NCBI RefSeq assembly: GCF_006345805.1
Contig: NC_043005.1
Location: forward strand, 97,092,001-97,156,000
Direction of reading: 5' to 3'
DNA length: 64,000 nucleotides
Source of the DNA: Octopus sinensis
Lineage: Eukaryota
In this document: piece after piece, positions 37,860 through 52,071 of the stretch
Numbering within the stretch: position 1 is the stretch's first letter
How the letters are laid out: the number at the start of each line of letters is the position of its first letter
Program-made: the position numbers and the translations under genes
Notes under the pieces: generated by a model
The model's database searches: none
Seen by the model: the letters and a program-made list of their open reading frames with translations, nothing else
What the model was told of the DNA's origin: nothing

Positions 37860-39020
37860 TTTTACCCATACGGTATTTTGTTGGTTGTCATTTTAAACTT
37901 TGCGGGATGCCTGCAAGAATTTAAGAACTCGCGTCTCTGGTTCAAAGCAATTTTATCCTGGAACAGGATGAAGAACTTTTCTGAGAGGCAAATATTACAT
38001 TTCATAGGTCTTTTATAAGCTCCATGTCTGTATGATGATGCTTTTTCTAGAATTTCCTAGGTTACATTGAAAGGACGGGTGTCATTCTCTTTCAATTCCC
38101 AGGCGTGCTTTGCAAGACTAGACGCTGTCCTGTTCTCGAGGTATCGGAAATAATTTCGGTGGGAATAGAATCGAGTCTTGAATGAATTCTCTGAAGCCCC
38201 TATATATGTTTTATATTCTTGCGAGCCATCTACTTGCGCTTTGGCTCTATAAACAATACCTTTTTCAAGACATTTTCCTTCCAACGGACAGCAAGTCGCA
38301 TCTTTGAAGTTGCAGTTCCTCAGATTAGATGTCTGTAATAATTTTTGTGTTATACTAGCTAATAAAAGAGGCGATGTTTTTGCAACAAGAATAGCTAACC
38401 TTTAATGTTCTATTAAATGTTATATAGAACTTATGGCTAGATTAAAAATGCTTAGAAACTAATTTGAAGAATTCCCTACCAATATTAGTTTTTATGCGGG
38501 GTTAAACCACAAAACCTTCCTAGTTCTACGTGGCCTATTATTGCTAGAATTAATTTGCCTATACCGGATCTTCTCCGAGAATCCACTTTTCCTTAATGCT
38601 TTATTGTAATACAGCGCAGCATTTTCAAATATACTCTCATCCGAAGAAATTGATGATATTCGCCTTCCTACATTACTAACTGGGTTCTTAAGAATTACGG
38701 GTGGATGATTAGATTCTTTGCTAATATAACATGGCTTTTCATTGGGCTTACGGTAGGGTTTTAATTTATCTCATTGTAAATCTAAGTTGATATCTAAAAA
38801 AGTCTACGCTGTTAAAGTTACTTTCTATCGTAATCCGTAAGCCCATTCTTAGGAAGAAAGTAATTAGATTATTCCTAAGTTTATCTAACTACAACACTTA
38901 ACCAACAAGCGAGGCTTCTTCGTAGTTAATTGGCCTACAAGGAGCAACGTCCATATTTTCGTCAATGCAAAAGAATACAATGGGTATGTAGCCCAATATA
39001 ATCCGATATTTATTACTAAA
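37860..39020 (-). mobile_element. Penelope-like element: RT C-terminus plus GIY-YIG endonuclease, decayed and 5'-truncated
   Basis: VDFLDINLDL..KPYRKPNEKPCYISKESNHPPVILK; CCPLEGKCLEKGIVYRAK...YIGASENSFKTRFYSHR...SSLAKHAWELKE; CNICLSEK...NQRREFLNSCRH. Confidence 0.9.
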
Positions 39021-39929
39021 AATGATTGGAATTGTCATGAGGTGAATTGGTGTAGTTGTTAGAGTGTCGAATGAAATAGCCTGCAGTGTTTATTTCGTCT
39101 TCTTGAGTTCAGAGTTCAAATCCCACTAAGAATAAGTTAGACTTTCATCTTTCTGTATTCGGTAAGTAATGCAGCAGTTTGGGTTCAACCTCTCTATGTT
39201 GTAAGTTCAAATCTCCTTTAACAGCATTGTGTAAAGAGAACTTGGAACTTGTGTGAAGGAGCAGTACGAAAACCAGTGATAAACGGAAACTGCCCGAGAA
39301 TCATAAACGAGGCTACAAATAATTTTCGTTTCAAAAAGACTATGCTAGAGTACTCGAAATCACCATTAAAAACGAATTCAATACTAATGTAGGGGGAACG
39401 ATCTGTTTTAGTAATTATATGAATAAATATCTCAGTTAAACTGCAAATAACTTTTCAGGGGAAACGAATTGGCAAGAAACCTCAATAATCGAGAAAAATA
39501 TCAAATTTTGAATGACGTTTGACATACATACATGCATACATACATACATACGTACGTACGTACGTACATATGCATATATACAGAAATACATATATACACA
39601 TGAACACATATATACGTATGTTGAATCCTTATATACATCTAAAACGGTAAGGTACTTGAGACTGAATTAAAGCATATTTGGTGGAAAAAGAAATATCTAC
39701 AATATACACAGTTTCCGGACGCAGTGTGTTTCTGGCTATTAAGTTCGCATAATACGTCCAAAGTTTAACTCTTTGAAGAACGTTGAATCCAGACTGGGTA
39801 TATTGTAAATATTTTAATTTCAATATATGGTTTCACTTTATTTTCAAGTGCCTTTTCGTTTTACCTCGATGTGTGCGAACATACATGAATGTGTCTATGA
39901 ATGTACATACACACACACAAACACCGCCA

Positions 39930-40129
39930 TAATAGATCGGTAGCCACTACACACATCTTTTTCTCTGCTTGTTTTTCTCCTTGTTTCTTTCTGTGTTCCT
40001 TTCTGTGGAAGAGCGTAGACTCGAAACGTTAAAGACTTTTTCAATCCCCTAGCGTTATACTAATACATCTGTTTGTTGTCTACACCACCTGTCTTCGTCT
40101 TTTGTTTTTTTCGTGAATTCCCCACCCTA

Positions 40130-40201
<72 letters not shown>

Positions 40202-40288
40202 TAATCCAAACAAGAAAACAAAAGACAACAACGCAAGGATGTGGAACAAATAAAGTATTATTGGACGCTCAGGAAAGAAGGGAAGAAG

Positions 40289-40290
<2 letters not shown>
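39930..40290. mobile_element. Family D pLTR-like repeats on either side of a (TA)n tract; hammerhead-like motif at 39999-40034 (+)
   Basis: cttt-CTGTGGA-a-GAGc-gtag-aCTC-GAAA-CGTT-aaag; 40197-40290 matches the start of 61504-61698. Confidence 0.6.
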
Positions 40291-40365
<75 letters not shown>

Positions 40366-40377
40366 TGAGTGTGTGTG

Positions 40378-40678
40378 GAGACGCAATAGCCTGGTGGTTA
40401 GGGCAGCGGACTTGTGGTCGTAAGATCGCGATTTCGATTCCCAGACCAGGCGTTGTGAGTGTTTATTGAGCGAAAACACCTAAAGCTCCACGAGGCTCCG
40501 GCAGGGGTGGTGGGGCGACCCCTGGTGTACTCTTTCGCCACAAATTTCTCTCACTCTTTCTTCTGTTGGCCTGCTCGCTTAGCCAGCGGGGTGGCGTCAC
40601 TTGAAGGCTAAAACAATGCGAAGCGCATTGTGACCAGTGATGTGTAGCAACATCTGATAGCCTAGTTGATCTCGGTGA
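40378..40678 (+). mobile_element. SINE family C, full length
   Basis: gagacgcaatagcctggtggttagggcagcggac...gcgatttcgattcccagacc... through ...aacatctgatagcc; homologous to 7470-7766. Confidence 0.85.
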
Positions 40679-40714
40679 TATATATATACACACGCAAACA
40701 CCCACAGACACTCT

Positions 40715-41505
40715 AATAGTGAAATTTAGGATTCCCCGGTTTTTCTAGCGATCGATTTTTGATCAAACTTTTCCCAGCTGATTTGCACACTATAGCGACA
40801 CCATTGTTATGTTTTCATTATTCTGTGTAACGCTCTTTCTTTTTTATTTCAGATTCTTCAGCTTTTGGGTGAACCATGCTAATAGCTTTTGAATGAAAAC
40901 AGCCCATCTAAACTTTTATTTTTCAGAAAATGAAGGATAATGTTACTTATTAAGCATATATTGAGTATAATTTTTAACAGAAAACTATAATGCTATAATA
41001 TTTATTGACATAATGAATTACTTAGCCACATGAGCGCCATTCCGATGGATAACATCAAAAACCCTATTAGGCATGGAATCTGGTAATTCCTTAATAGTAG
41101 CAGGTTGGACAGCCCATAAGACATCTTTCTATGTAAATTGGCGTCCATCGTCATAAACATCTTGTTTAATGATGAACCAAAGATTTTCGATAGGGTTGAG
41201 ATCCGGAGATGCTGGCGGGGCGGCCACACCATCAACCTTTCAACTTGTATCCTGTAAGATCCTAGTAATGTTTGGGTGGCCCTAGTAGAGTGGGAGGGAG
41301 AGTTCTCATATATGAATAGAAGATTCCTTAGAGTGACAGCGGTATGTCATCTAGCCAGTGAACCAAGACCTCCTTCAGGGGATTGTAGTAGGTGGCTGCA
41401 GTCACTTTAACCCACTCAGGCATCCTGAGTGTGTCCCCAATGATAGCAGCCCACAACATGACTCTTGCACCCTGTTGTTGACGTTGTAAACCCGTAACAG
41501 CGGTT
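40715..41505 (-). mobile_element. Tc1-family transposon remnant (DDE domain C-terminal half plus probable 3' non-coding end)
   Basis: RQQQGARVMLWAAIIG...MVWPP.ASPDLNPIENLWFIIKQDVYDDGRQF...RNGAHVAK* (stop at about 41018). Confidence 0.8.
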
Positions 41506-42004
41506 CAGCAAATAAGGATATAAGTACAAAGCTTAAAAGAAATAATAAGTTCTAGATTTGATTTATTCGAAATAAAAAAAACCTTCAATGCAGTGCTCTT
41601 GCATGGCCACAGTCAAATGACTAAAACAAGGTGAAGAATAAAAAAGTATAGATAGACAGACACATACATATACGCATGCATGCATATACGATATATATAT
41701 TATATATATATATTATATATATATTATATATATATATATGAATGTATATATATATATACACACATATATATATGTGTGTGTGTATATATACATATATAAA
41801 CATATAAATATATACATAAATATATATACACAGACATACACACACACGCATACACACACATACCCGCATCTGTGTGTTTGTGCGTGTGTGTGTGTGTACG
41901 TACATATAACGCTACGCCCTGAAATGATTGTACTTACCATATTCTGAACGTTTAGGCGTTATTTGTATGTGCCCTAAGGCAAATATTAAGGAAAGCCATT
42001 ACCA

Positions 42005-42089
<85 letters not shown>

Positions 42090-42281
42090 GTCGTCGTCGT
42101 CGTCGTCATCGTTGTTATAGTTGTTATTGTTATCTTTGATAAGAGACATGAATCATGTCAACGGCATATCGAATTAACCAGTGTGCCCTAAATTCTATAC
42201 ATACATATACGTATATATGTATACACTATTTCCTCGTAAAATTTACATATACATCAAGCACACACATATACACACACACAA

Positions 42282-42338
<57 letters not shown>

Positions 42339-43029
42339 TATATATATTATATATATATATATACGCACATATATACATATATATATGTATACAAACTTGG
42401 ATATGTATATTATATATATATATATATATATATAGGTACATATATATCTGTATGTATGTTCTTTTTTCTGTCAAATATGGAAAGAGCCCAACCCTTAGAA
42501 GGCACCTTCCTGCTACATTTTCGCCATAGTGTTTTGACAAACATATCTAGACACCAGATACATAACGTCTGCATCCGCCTAAATGGCTAAAGACGGTCTT
42601 TGAGAATCAGAATATTCCCACACAATGTTCTTGTCTCTTTGCTGCACGGAAGCATGCACACTGCTATTACACAGGCGCACTGACTGCACACTACACTCTA
42701 TAACAATTTTCATACACAGACACACACGCATATACACACATACACACACACAAATATATATGTGTATGTATGTGTATCTATATATGTGTGTGTGTTCGAG
42801 TGTGTTATATTGTATTTGCATATATAATTTTAAACGCTTTAAATTTTTCTTCTTCTCTGTTACTGTCTGTACACATTCCCTTGTGTAAAGCTATACACAT
42901 ATCCACATGTGTATATACATGCATGTGTATACGTATACATGTGCGAATATACATATATGTACGTGTATGCATATATGTATTTTTGTGCGAATGTACGCAT
43001 GTTTGTACGTGTATATGTAAATCTACATA

Positions 43030-43043
43030 CACACACACACACA

Positions 43044-43112
<69 letters not shown>

Positions 43113-43113
43113 T

Positions 43114-43146
<33 letters not shown>

Positions 43147-43190
43147 GCATACATATACATATATATTATTATATATATATATATAATATA

Positions 43191-43231
<41 letters not shown>

Positions 43232-43272
43232 GTATATATATATATATATGTATATGTATACATATATATATG

Positions 43273-43335
<63 letters not shown>

Positions 43336-43341
43336 GTATAC

Positions 43342-43397
<56 letters not shown>

Positions 43398-43402
43398 TAT
43401 AC

Positions 43403-43495
<93 letters not shown>
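43030..43495. repeat. Long imperfect (TA)n tract
   Basis: About 460 bp of TA with scattered G/C; source of several poly-YI ORFs. Confidence 0.95.
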
Positions 43496-43496
<1 letters not shown>

Positions 43497-45819
43497 GTGT
43501 ATATGTTCATACAAACGTGTGTGTGCGCATTAATGTATGTCTGGATCTGGTTTAAATCACAGTCATATCGTCCCCGCTAACATCTTATTCAGTCTTGACA
43601 TATATGAGTCTGGCTAAGACTGCAGGAAACACTCGAGATGCGAGAGACGTTGATGACTGGTTTGCAATTTATTCGCAGTATTTTTAACGCCTTACGAATC
43701 TACGTAATTTGTTTTAGAGCAAAAGCACCGATTTTTCTTTCTGGTTTTCCTTCTTTCTTTTTTCTTTTTGTCTGATATATTCTCCGCTGATATCTATGAA
43801 AAAAACACGCTGGAGCACACAAACGCACACAACTACACACGCATGCAAAATCTCTATGAATATACAAACCTATAAGGAAGAATCTATTTGGTTAGTCATA
43901 TCCTAGAAATAGCTGTCAAATCTTTCTCAAATCACACACTATTTATCTTTTTCCTTTGGGAGCCATGATTAGTACACTATCCAAAATGCCCTTCCTTGTG
44001 ATTTTGATTAGAAGAAGATTTAATACAGTTTCTATGAGATAGAGTGACCTAATAATGGCACACTCACTGGAACGGCTTGATAAATGAGAGTCTATTGGCG
44101 TCTGAAGACGGAATCAGAAAAGTAAGTAGGAGGTGCAGGATCAGGTGCCATTAAAGGGAAAACGTTAAATAAAGTATTTAGTTTATGGAGCTGAGGGATG
44201 TAATGCAGTTGGGGAATAGGAGAAGTTAGATTTTCTCTGATGCACTCTTTGCTTCTGATATACATATCATTTATTCAGCAACATGTCGTTTAGATAATAA
44301 CGCCTTGACATCGTTTCCGCAATTTTTCTTTTCTTAATCTCTTCTTTGATTTTCATCGACGAAGGATCCCTGTCCGAAGCGTGAAACTTCCATCTGATTC
44401 TTCCTTATTAAGTAAAATTAATTACTTTATACACCTGTTTTTTTTGCTTGCTTTTTTCCGTTGGGTGGGCTTTTAGTTGTTTTTTTCCTGGCATATTGTG
44501 CGTCTTATCAACGTTATAAATTAATGATGTACCTTAGCGATTTCCATGTTGGGTCATCGGTTATTGGAAGGATTCGCTCGTGACATCTTTAGCAAAGACT
44601 TGGAAATTAAACAAAATTGAGATAGTTGCTACAAAATGTGTCATTACGTGGATTTCTATGGACATGTACATCCTCGATAATATTTCTATGTATGTTAATG
44701 TATCTATGAATATATCATTGTGTTACTGAATGCATATAGACGAGTGATTTGTTATTGCTTAGCCCAAAGTCAGCCCTTATACAGGCTCGGAACATCCTAT
44801 TGTTTCCTTTGGCACCGTGACTCTAGGATTATATTATCAAATGTCATTTCTTTTATTTTTTTAAGATTATAGAATGTGAGATTTAAGAGGGATCTGGCAG
44901 CGAATTTTTGAAAATCAAGCAACCATATAGATGCTTCCTCATTAGCTCGCATTTGGCATGGATGTGTATGATCATCCACGTTTATTTTTGCGTATAAATT
45001 ACCTACGTCTATGTATATCTTCATTTGTCCGATTATATATCACAGACACACAGTAGGAGAAAAGAGAAAAAATTAAAAGAAAATATATTATAAGAGGTAT
45101 AGAGAGTGTAGCCTGTTGTATATAATTTCATAGCCAGACTAACACGTGATCAATGTGAGATGTAGTCACAGTGATTTTATTTCGTTTTGTTTCGTTTTTG
45201 TTTTTGTATTTTTTTGTCATTTCCGCTGGTCTTTGGCAAATATTCAGATTATTTTCTCGCAAAAATAACAAAGATATTCCACATGGAAGACAAGGAAGAG
45301 TATTTTTTTTAATACTATAAAATAAAACATTTCCTGTTTCCCAATTAGCAACAAGTCGGTGATTAAAATATTTCAATTTGAGCGGAGTGTGACCTCATAA
45401 GGCGCTCTTTGCAACTAACACTTCTCGGGTTACCCCGAACAACTGTCGTTGCCTACAGTTTATGGAAAACCCCTAGCGAGATGTGTTTTGAATGTAAAGA
45501 TTAAAGAGCGATGACTTTTATAAGCTATAATGAATTGCTATAAATGATTATGTTGGCGATGACACGATATTTTTATGTTTCCATAAATTCTATAAATTCT
45601 GCTATTGGATGCATCAGTATGTGACTTAAAGGTATGTGAAGATTTGGTGGGTCATGGAAGGAACCTAAAAATGTTGAAAAGGTTACTAGCATTACTAACT
45701 GTCTCTTAATTGCTTCCGTCATTAGACTGCAGCACTGCTGGGATACCACCTTCAAGTTTTCTTCACTAAAAAATATCGACGCCAGCACTTTTTTATGCCT
45801 GGTATTGTTCTTTCAGTCT

Positions 45820-45913
45820 CCTTTGCCCGAACCACTGTCTTACAGGGACATGCACAAAGCAACACACGTTGTCAAGTGGAGGGAAATGGACAAACAAAAA
45901 GAGACACACACAT

Positions 45914-45953
<40 letters not shown>

Positions 45954-46140
45954 GCACACATATATATATATACAACGGGATTCAACACAGTTTCCATCTA
46001 ACAATTTCACTTAAAAGGCATTGGTTCGCCTGGAGATATAGTAAAAAAACATTTGCCTAAGATGCCACGTAGTGAGACTGAACCCGGAATAACGTGTTTG
46101 CTTAGGGAGTTTTTCAACTCACATAGCCATGCCTGCGCCT
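45820..46140 (-). mobile_element. SINE family A, partial
   Basis: ctttgcccgaaccac...gtcaag...gccacgtagtgagactgaaccc...catagccatgcctgcgcct. Confidence 0.7.
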
Positions 46141-46344
46141 AATCGACATTTTTTTAAATACTCTGCCAGGTGGGGAAGACAGTGTCTGTTATGATTTGCG
46201 GGTCCTCTGGGAATAGTGGGAGAAAAGAAGGCACTCTCAAACTGGAGACTTAGGCTGAATGCTTGCAACAGAGTGGAATCGCCTAAAGGCACTCATGATG
46301 CCCAGTGGTGACGTGAAACTGGGCGACCGAAAAGATGAAAAGTC

Positions 46345-47181
46345 CTGTTCAGTCGTTTGGGCGAACTCGAGTTGAGCAAAGTCGAGTTATTTTGAGTGAA
46401 GTTAAAATTATGTACATTTTGAGCGATGCCTATTAATCGATGTCAGTTTGAGCGAATCTCAAACTGGATTTAAAAGACGCTTTGAGTGAAGTTGATAAAA
46501 ATAAAATTATGCTAGAAATCTATAATTTTTTTGTACAAATCATTACACCTTCACAACGGGTAAATAAAAAAATTATTAAAAATTGGCACAGTTTATTGCG
46601 AAAAGAACTAAAACTTCTCAACGTTTAAAATCGAAAAAAATTAATTCTAGAAAGAATAGAAATTCAAAAACTAATATTGTAAGAAACGTGTCTAAGATAA
46701 TTTGTAATTTCTAAATCTCTTGATTCAACAATTCTAAGTTCATGTATTTCCTTTTTTGTGCAGGTTCTCCAGTACGAATACCGAAACATTACGTCCTTTG
46801 CAGGCTCTCTCCCCTTCTTAAAACCTCTCTAAAGGGGCAAACTGTTATGTGACTACAAGACAGACTGCCTTGAAAAACAGTGTGCCATTCTTCTACGGCA
46901 TTATTTGTTCACTGGAGATCCATCAGAAGCCAGCTAAAAACGTTTCCAATGATATTGGAAATTTAGGTTTTCTTACCTTATTTACATTCTTTACATTTGA
47001 CGGATATTTGTCCTCATCTTCTTTGTTGTTAACATTTCGGCTGATGTAACTCTCTAGCCTTCATCAGGTGTTCTGGGGGAATTTCGAACCTGGGTTCTCA
47101 TTGACACGGGCATATGGAGTTCTGGTTAAGAGCGCGGGCTACTAACCCCAAGATTCCGAGTTCAATTCCAGGCAGTGAGCC

Positions 47182-47252
<71 letters not shown>

Positions 47253-47990
47253 TAATAATAATAATAATAATGAGGGCAAATATCCGTCAAATGTAAATAA
47301 TGTAAATAATGTACATAATTCCTCATCTCTCAAATATAGAATTGTTTAGGTTTTCTTCTACGGTTGTTTGCCAATGGACGGCCAATATAATTATCTTCGA
47401 AATGATCGAAAATAATGTCCAGATCTTCGTCATAATTTTCCAACTCACGGCTTGAAACATCATCTGTAGGGAGAAATGCTGTGCAAATCATTATTCTGAT
47501 TAACATTCGAACATTTTCTTCGCTAATATATCCCTCTCTTAGACCCGCATTTGTAATCTTTCTCTATACGATTTGCTATGCTTGAGCGCGGGAATACGCG
47601 TGTTATTGCATTTTTGGCAGAAATTTCGAAGTCTATTAAGAGGATCTAGCAAAGGCTCTAATTCTTTCATTTGGTGAATATTGTTGTGTAACTTTGAAAA
47701 ACATCAAGGTCATTTAAGTTAATATCTATCAATCGCTGGTGTCAATCACTGACTTCAATCGCAATATATGCGATTGTATATATTTCGCTTAAGATTAACC
47801 TTCGCTGAAAATACCGTTCACTCGTAACGTTTCGCTCAAAATAACTTCGCTCAAAATGACTTCGCTAAAAATTAACTTCGCCATAAAAAGCATATGACGA
47901 CATATGTTAGACTTGGACTCGGTCGAGGAGAGTCGGAACAATACCACAGGGAAGCTGTAACAACTCAGCCAGTTCGCTTCCAATATTGTG
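46345..47990 (-). mobile_element. MULE (Mutator-like) transposon remnant with inverted subterminal ttcgctcaaa arrays, split by an insertion
   Basis: 47345-47700: IDFEISAKNAITRVFP...RKITNAGLREGY...TAFLPTDDV...DHFEDNYIGRP...RRRKP. 46760-46974: DLQ*TNNAVEEWHTVFQ..LSCSH. tttgagcgaa repeats (46370-46500) face ttcgctcaaa repeats (47800-47885). Confidence 0.8.
46975..47344. mobile_element. Short fold-back element with a hammerhead-like core and a nested tRNA-like SINE/(AAT)n, flanked by a 13-bp target-site duplication
   Basis: TSD tttaggttttctt at 46962-46974 and 47345-47357; inverted termini tttacatttgacggatatttg.cctcat / atgagg.caaatatccgtcaaatgtaaa; rc CTGATGA-a-GGCT...AGCC-GAAA at about 47035-47072. 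Confidence 0.75.
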
Positions 47991-50900
47991 AAAGATTCAT
48001 TAGTTCTAAATTGGTAAGTTGAATCGTTGTAATATTAGTAATGTTGTAATTGTGATATGGAGATGTTGGTATTGTTTCTGTTGTTGAGTTGGATTATATA
48101 GTCGCTGGTATTATTACTTCGTATTTGAACCAGCTTAAGCGTGTTAAGAATAAATATGCAAATAATCGTTTCAGATCTCTCTGTACATAATGCAAATAAC
48201 GATTCTAATCGGTTGCACTGATCAGAAAAAACAATTTGCTCGCTGAAAATATAAATAAGGTCAGCAACCCTTGTTGAGGTTTAGAGTTTCAACTGTGTCT
48301 GACTGACGAGACACAACATGTCAGAGCACCAGTGTCCCAGGATGCCGTGCACCAAGGAACCGAGTGTGCCGAAGACACTGTCATCGTAAAAGGGAAGAGT
48401 TATTGTCCTCTGGCGTACACAACATCGACCAGCAAATTTTACTTTTAAACCTGCCTAGACGTGTAGATAAGTATGCAAATAATCAGTGTTATTATTGTTT
48501 AGTTGGGATTCCTAAATGGGAAGACCTACCATTAGACTTGTTGCAACTCTTGGGGACAGGTCTTGATCGCCCGTTTCTTTCATTCTTTTTAACACAAGTA
48601 TACCTAAGCTTCCATTTTCTAATATGTATTTTCTATCTTTTATTTTCTTATTGTAAAATTAAGGCGTAATTTTATGGAGATTCGGCCGTTATTTCTTCAC
48701 GGTCAGGCGATGAAATACAGGAAATCTTAGTAGGACTGTACTATATATATATATATATATATATTGTGGTATTGTTCTCTAAGCATCGAGCAACGTCACT
48801 TTACATAACTTTCTGCTGATATGCAGAAAGATTTACTTCTTAAGCTCCGTTCATGTAAAACTGTGCAGCTGCTCGGGTGTGCATTCATTGTCATTCCTTG
48901 CAAAGTATTTATTTACAATTTATGTTGTAGCGTTTTTTCTCTCCCTGCTAACGACGTCATTCTTTTCATATAGGCATATACAAACATAGCTATAGGCTTA
49001 CATGGACACATACAAACATATATGCTTACATACATGCTCACACATACACTCACATATAAATACATACAATGTTCATTATTCTCAGCTTTTTTCTTTGTGT
49101 GCATGTACGGGCGACTGTGTGCGTGCATGTGTGTTTAGATGTGTGTATATGTATATGCGAGTGTGTGTGTGTATAGATATTTATCTACACGCTCGCGCGC
49201 ACGCACACATTCTCATACGAACTTGTGTATACACATACACACGTGCACACGCGTGTAGATGCATACACAAACACATATCCATATGTACATTCATACCTAC
49301 TTTCATACACAGGTACGATAGCGTAGATATATCTGTAGCTACATGTATGTATCCATGTAAGTAAAACAGAGAAGCCCAATTGTATATACTTATACGCGTG
49401 TGTTTGTATGCGTATACGTGTACTTTGTGTATGTACGCGTTTGTGTGGCCGCGTCTGTGTATGTACGAGTCTAAGTGTTTGACAACATGTAGAGGAGTAA
49501 ATTTGCTTAAGTCTTTTGAATTAAATATATTTAAATATTTCTCATTCAATTCTATAGGCATAGAATAAGAGACAACTTCACAATCGCTTCATTCAGCTCC
49601 AAAAGATACACATAACGGTTGCAAAAATCTACGATATATTTCAATGAGAGTCTAGATAATCCATGAAGAAGATTAAATATATGTAGTTGGATTACACCTT
49701 CTGCTTCCATTTCTTATATTTGTGCATAGACATATATCCGATTTTGTATTTTCTTCCTTTTTCTTTACTGAGATATATTTCCTATCGGAATCTATGACTT
49801 CCGCTTGAAGGAAAGAAAGGCAGGAAAAAGATTGCAGAAGGGGAAGGGGAAACGGAAACAACGAAGAAAGCAAAGCAGCCGAAGAATATGAATCAATAAA
49901 CCAAGAGAATGGCTTGTTTATTTATTTTTGTTATCTTATATATATCTTTTTTATTATTATTATGCACTTGTTTGTTTTGAACAAACGTCAGCCTAATATC
50001 GGAATCGATCAAATGGCCATGATGATGGTGATGAGGATCATGATCATGATCGTGATGACTATGTTTATGCTGGCGTAGATACTGTTTAAGTGTTTCAACT
50101 TATTTCGTCCCCACCTTGTGATCGACTTTAGACAGAGACGTGATGACGTCATCTGATGCGGATTTTGTTTAAAATACACCCGGAAACGCATTTCATTGCT
50201 TATAGTCTTCGTTGTTGTTGTTGGTGTTGTTATTGTTGGTGCTTTATTAGTCTTGTTATTGTTGATGTAGCTGTTACTTATAGTAGTAGTAGTTGTTGTT
50301 GTTGTCGCTGTTGTTTTTGTTGGGTCGCTCTGATTGAGCAGAGCTCTAATGACAATCCAGTTATGACCAGCCGGTCGTATTCCAGTAATGTATATAGAAA
50401 ACAGTATTCACCATATTTTGGTCTCTAATTTTAAGACGACAATGTAGAATCACTTTAAGTCGTCCTTCAGATTGCATTTCCACTCTAACCAACCAATTTT
50501 CAAACTCTAAAACGTGTGATATTTATTTCAACAATGGCCATAACTTTGCTGGTAAAACCATGTAAAAACATGATGCGATTTTCTCTCCTCATTTGGTGTC
50601 CACCGTAATCGCCGCGACGCATTTGTTTATACTTTTCTCGAATATATCAGACGATATGCTTTATTTTATCTATTTCTGAAGCATGAAAGGCAATGTTGAC
50701 TTCAATGGAACATGAACTCAGAACGCAAATAGCCGGAAAAAATAGGGCAAAGCATTTTGTGTGATGGTTCAGTGATTCTATCAACTCACCGCCTTAATGG
50801 TAATGTAATATTGCGAATTTTAGTGTTCAGCATATGTAAAATCACTACAGTTGAAGATCGAACCTGGAACTCGCACCCCTTTTCAGGACTTCCCCTTCTT

Positions 50901-52037
50901 CCCATCAGTCACCCAGGCCTTGAAGAGGATCATGAAACCTAAGCTTCCCCTTCTGACAAAGGCATTAACATTATTTTTTTCTAAAGACACTGAAATATAA
51001 GGAAGAAAAAATTTTCCCGAATTCATTATTGAAGTTATAATAAGTATGAACGGGAACGATTAATCTAAACGTTAGTGCTGTTCGTTGTTTGTTAAATGTT
51101 GGTTAAGGAGTAATTTTCTTGATGAAATCTTGTACAGAAGCTGTCTAATGAAGATAATGAATGAAACTTGAAGTAAATGGACAACAATAGCCATTAGGGG
51201 TGATCTGATAACAGGAAAATGGTTGAGGAAGAGAGAAGAAACGAAATGCAAAGACGGTAAGAGGAACAAAGGACTAATAAGAGAGAATATGCGAAACAGT
51301 TCAGATAAGTTATTTTTCATGTGTTTCGTGTGTATAAGTTTTATATTTCTCTCTTCCTCCCTCTCTCTCTCTCTCTCTCATTCTCACTTTTTCCCCCCCC
51401 CCCTCTCTCTCTCTCTCACTCTCTCTTTATCTCCCTCACTTTCTAAATGAATCTATGGCATAGATTTAATGCTGACGAATCTGAGGTCTGAACCATTGAG
51501 AAGGTATTTAGATCTACCTTTGAGGTAACCCGAGATAATGTTTTGTCGAAGCCACAGACTTCCCTACCGACCTTAAACATCGGCCCAGATAATAATCAGT
51601 CAAAGACCTATCACATACCACTACTGGTTCTTTAAACCATCTGCTAATTATGGCCGACAAGAAAGAATCCAACGATTATATCCGTTTTATCATTCGTTGA
51701 AATTGTTGATGAATGTCGCTTGTAGCAATTCTGTCCTTGTTGTTGTTGTTGTTGTTGTGGCGGTGGTGGTGGTGGTGGTGGTGGTTGTTGTTGTTGTCAT
51801 TGGTGGTGGTGATGGTGGTGGTGGCGGTGTTCTTGCTTTTGTTGTTGTTTTTGTTGTTACTGTTATTGTTTGCTTGTTTGTTTTAATGTTGCACTGGCGG
51901 TTATTATTGTTGGTGTGTTTGTGCTTGTTCTATTTTGGCAGGAAGTTTATCAAATTTCTTAAATTTCATATTTCTCATATTTTCTCTTTTTGTCTGCTGT
52001 CACTCTTTTCTTTCTCACCCCTTTCTCTCTCTCTCCT

Positions 52038-52071
<34 letters not shown>

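Noticed and set aside
44350-44400. Degenerate hammerhead-like TCGACGA-a-GGA...TCC-GAAGCG, and split halves at 19911-19960
   Set aside because: Two or more core changes, or permuted halves; consistent with decayed pLTRs but not supportable as ribozymes.
48296-48335. Hammerhead-like CTGACGA-GAC...GTC
   Set aside because: GAAA is missing (agag) and there is no coherent stem I/III.
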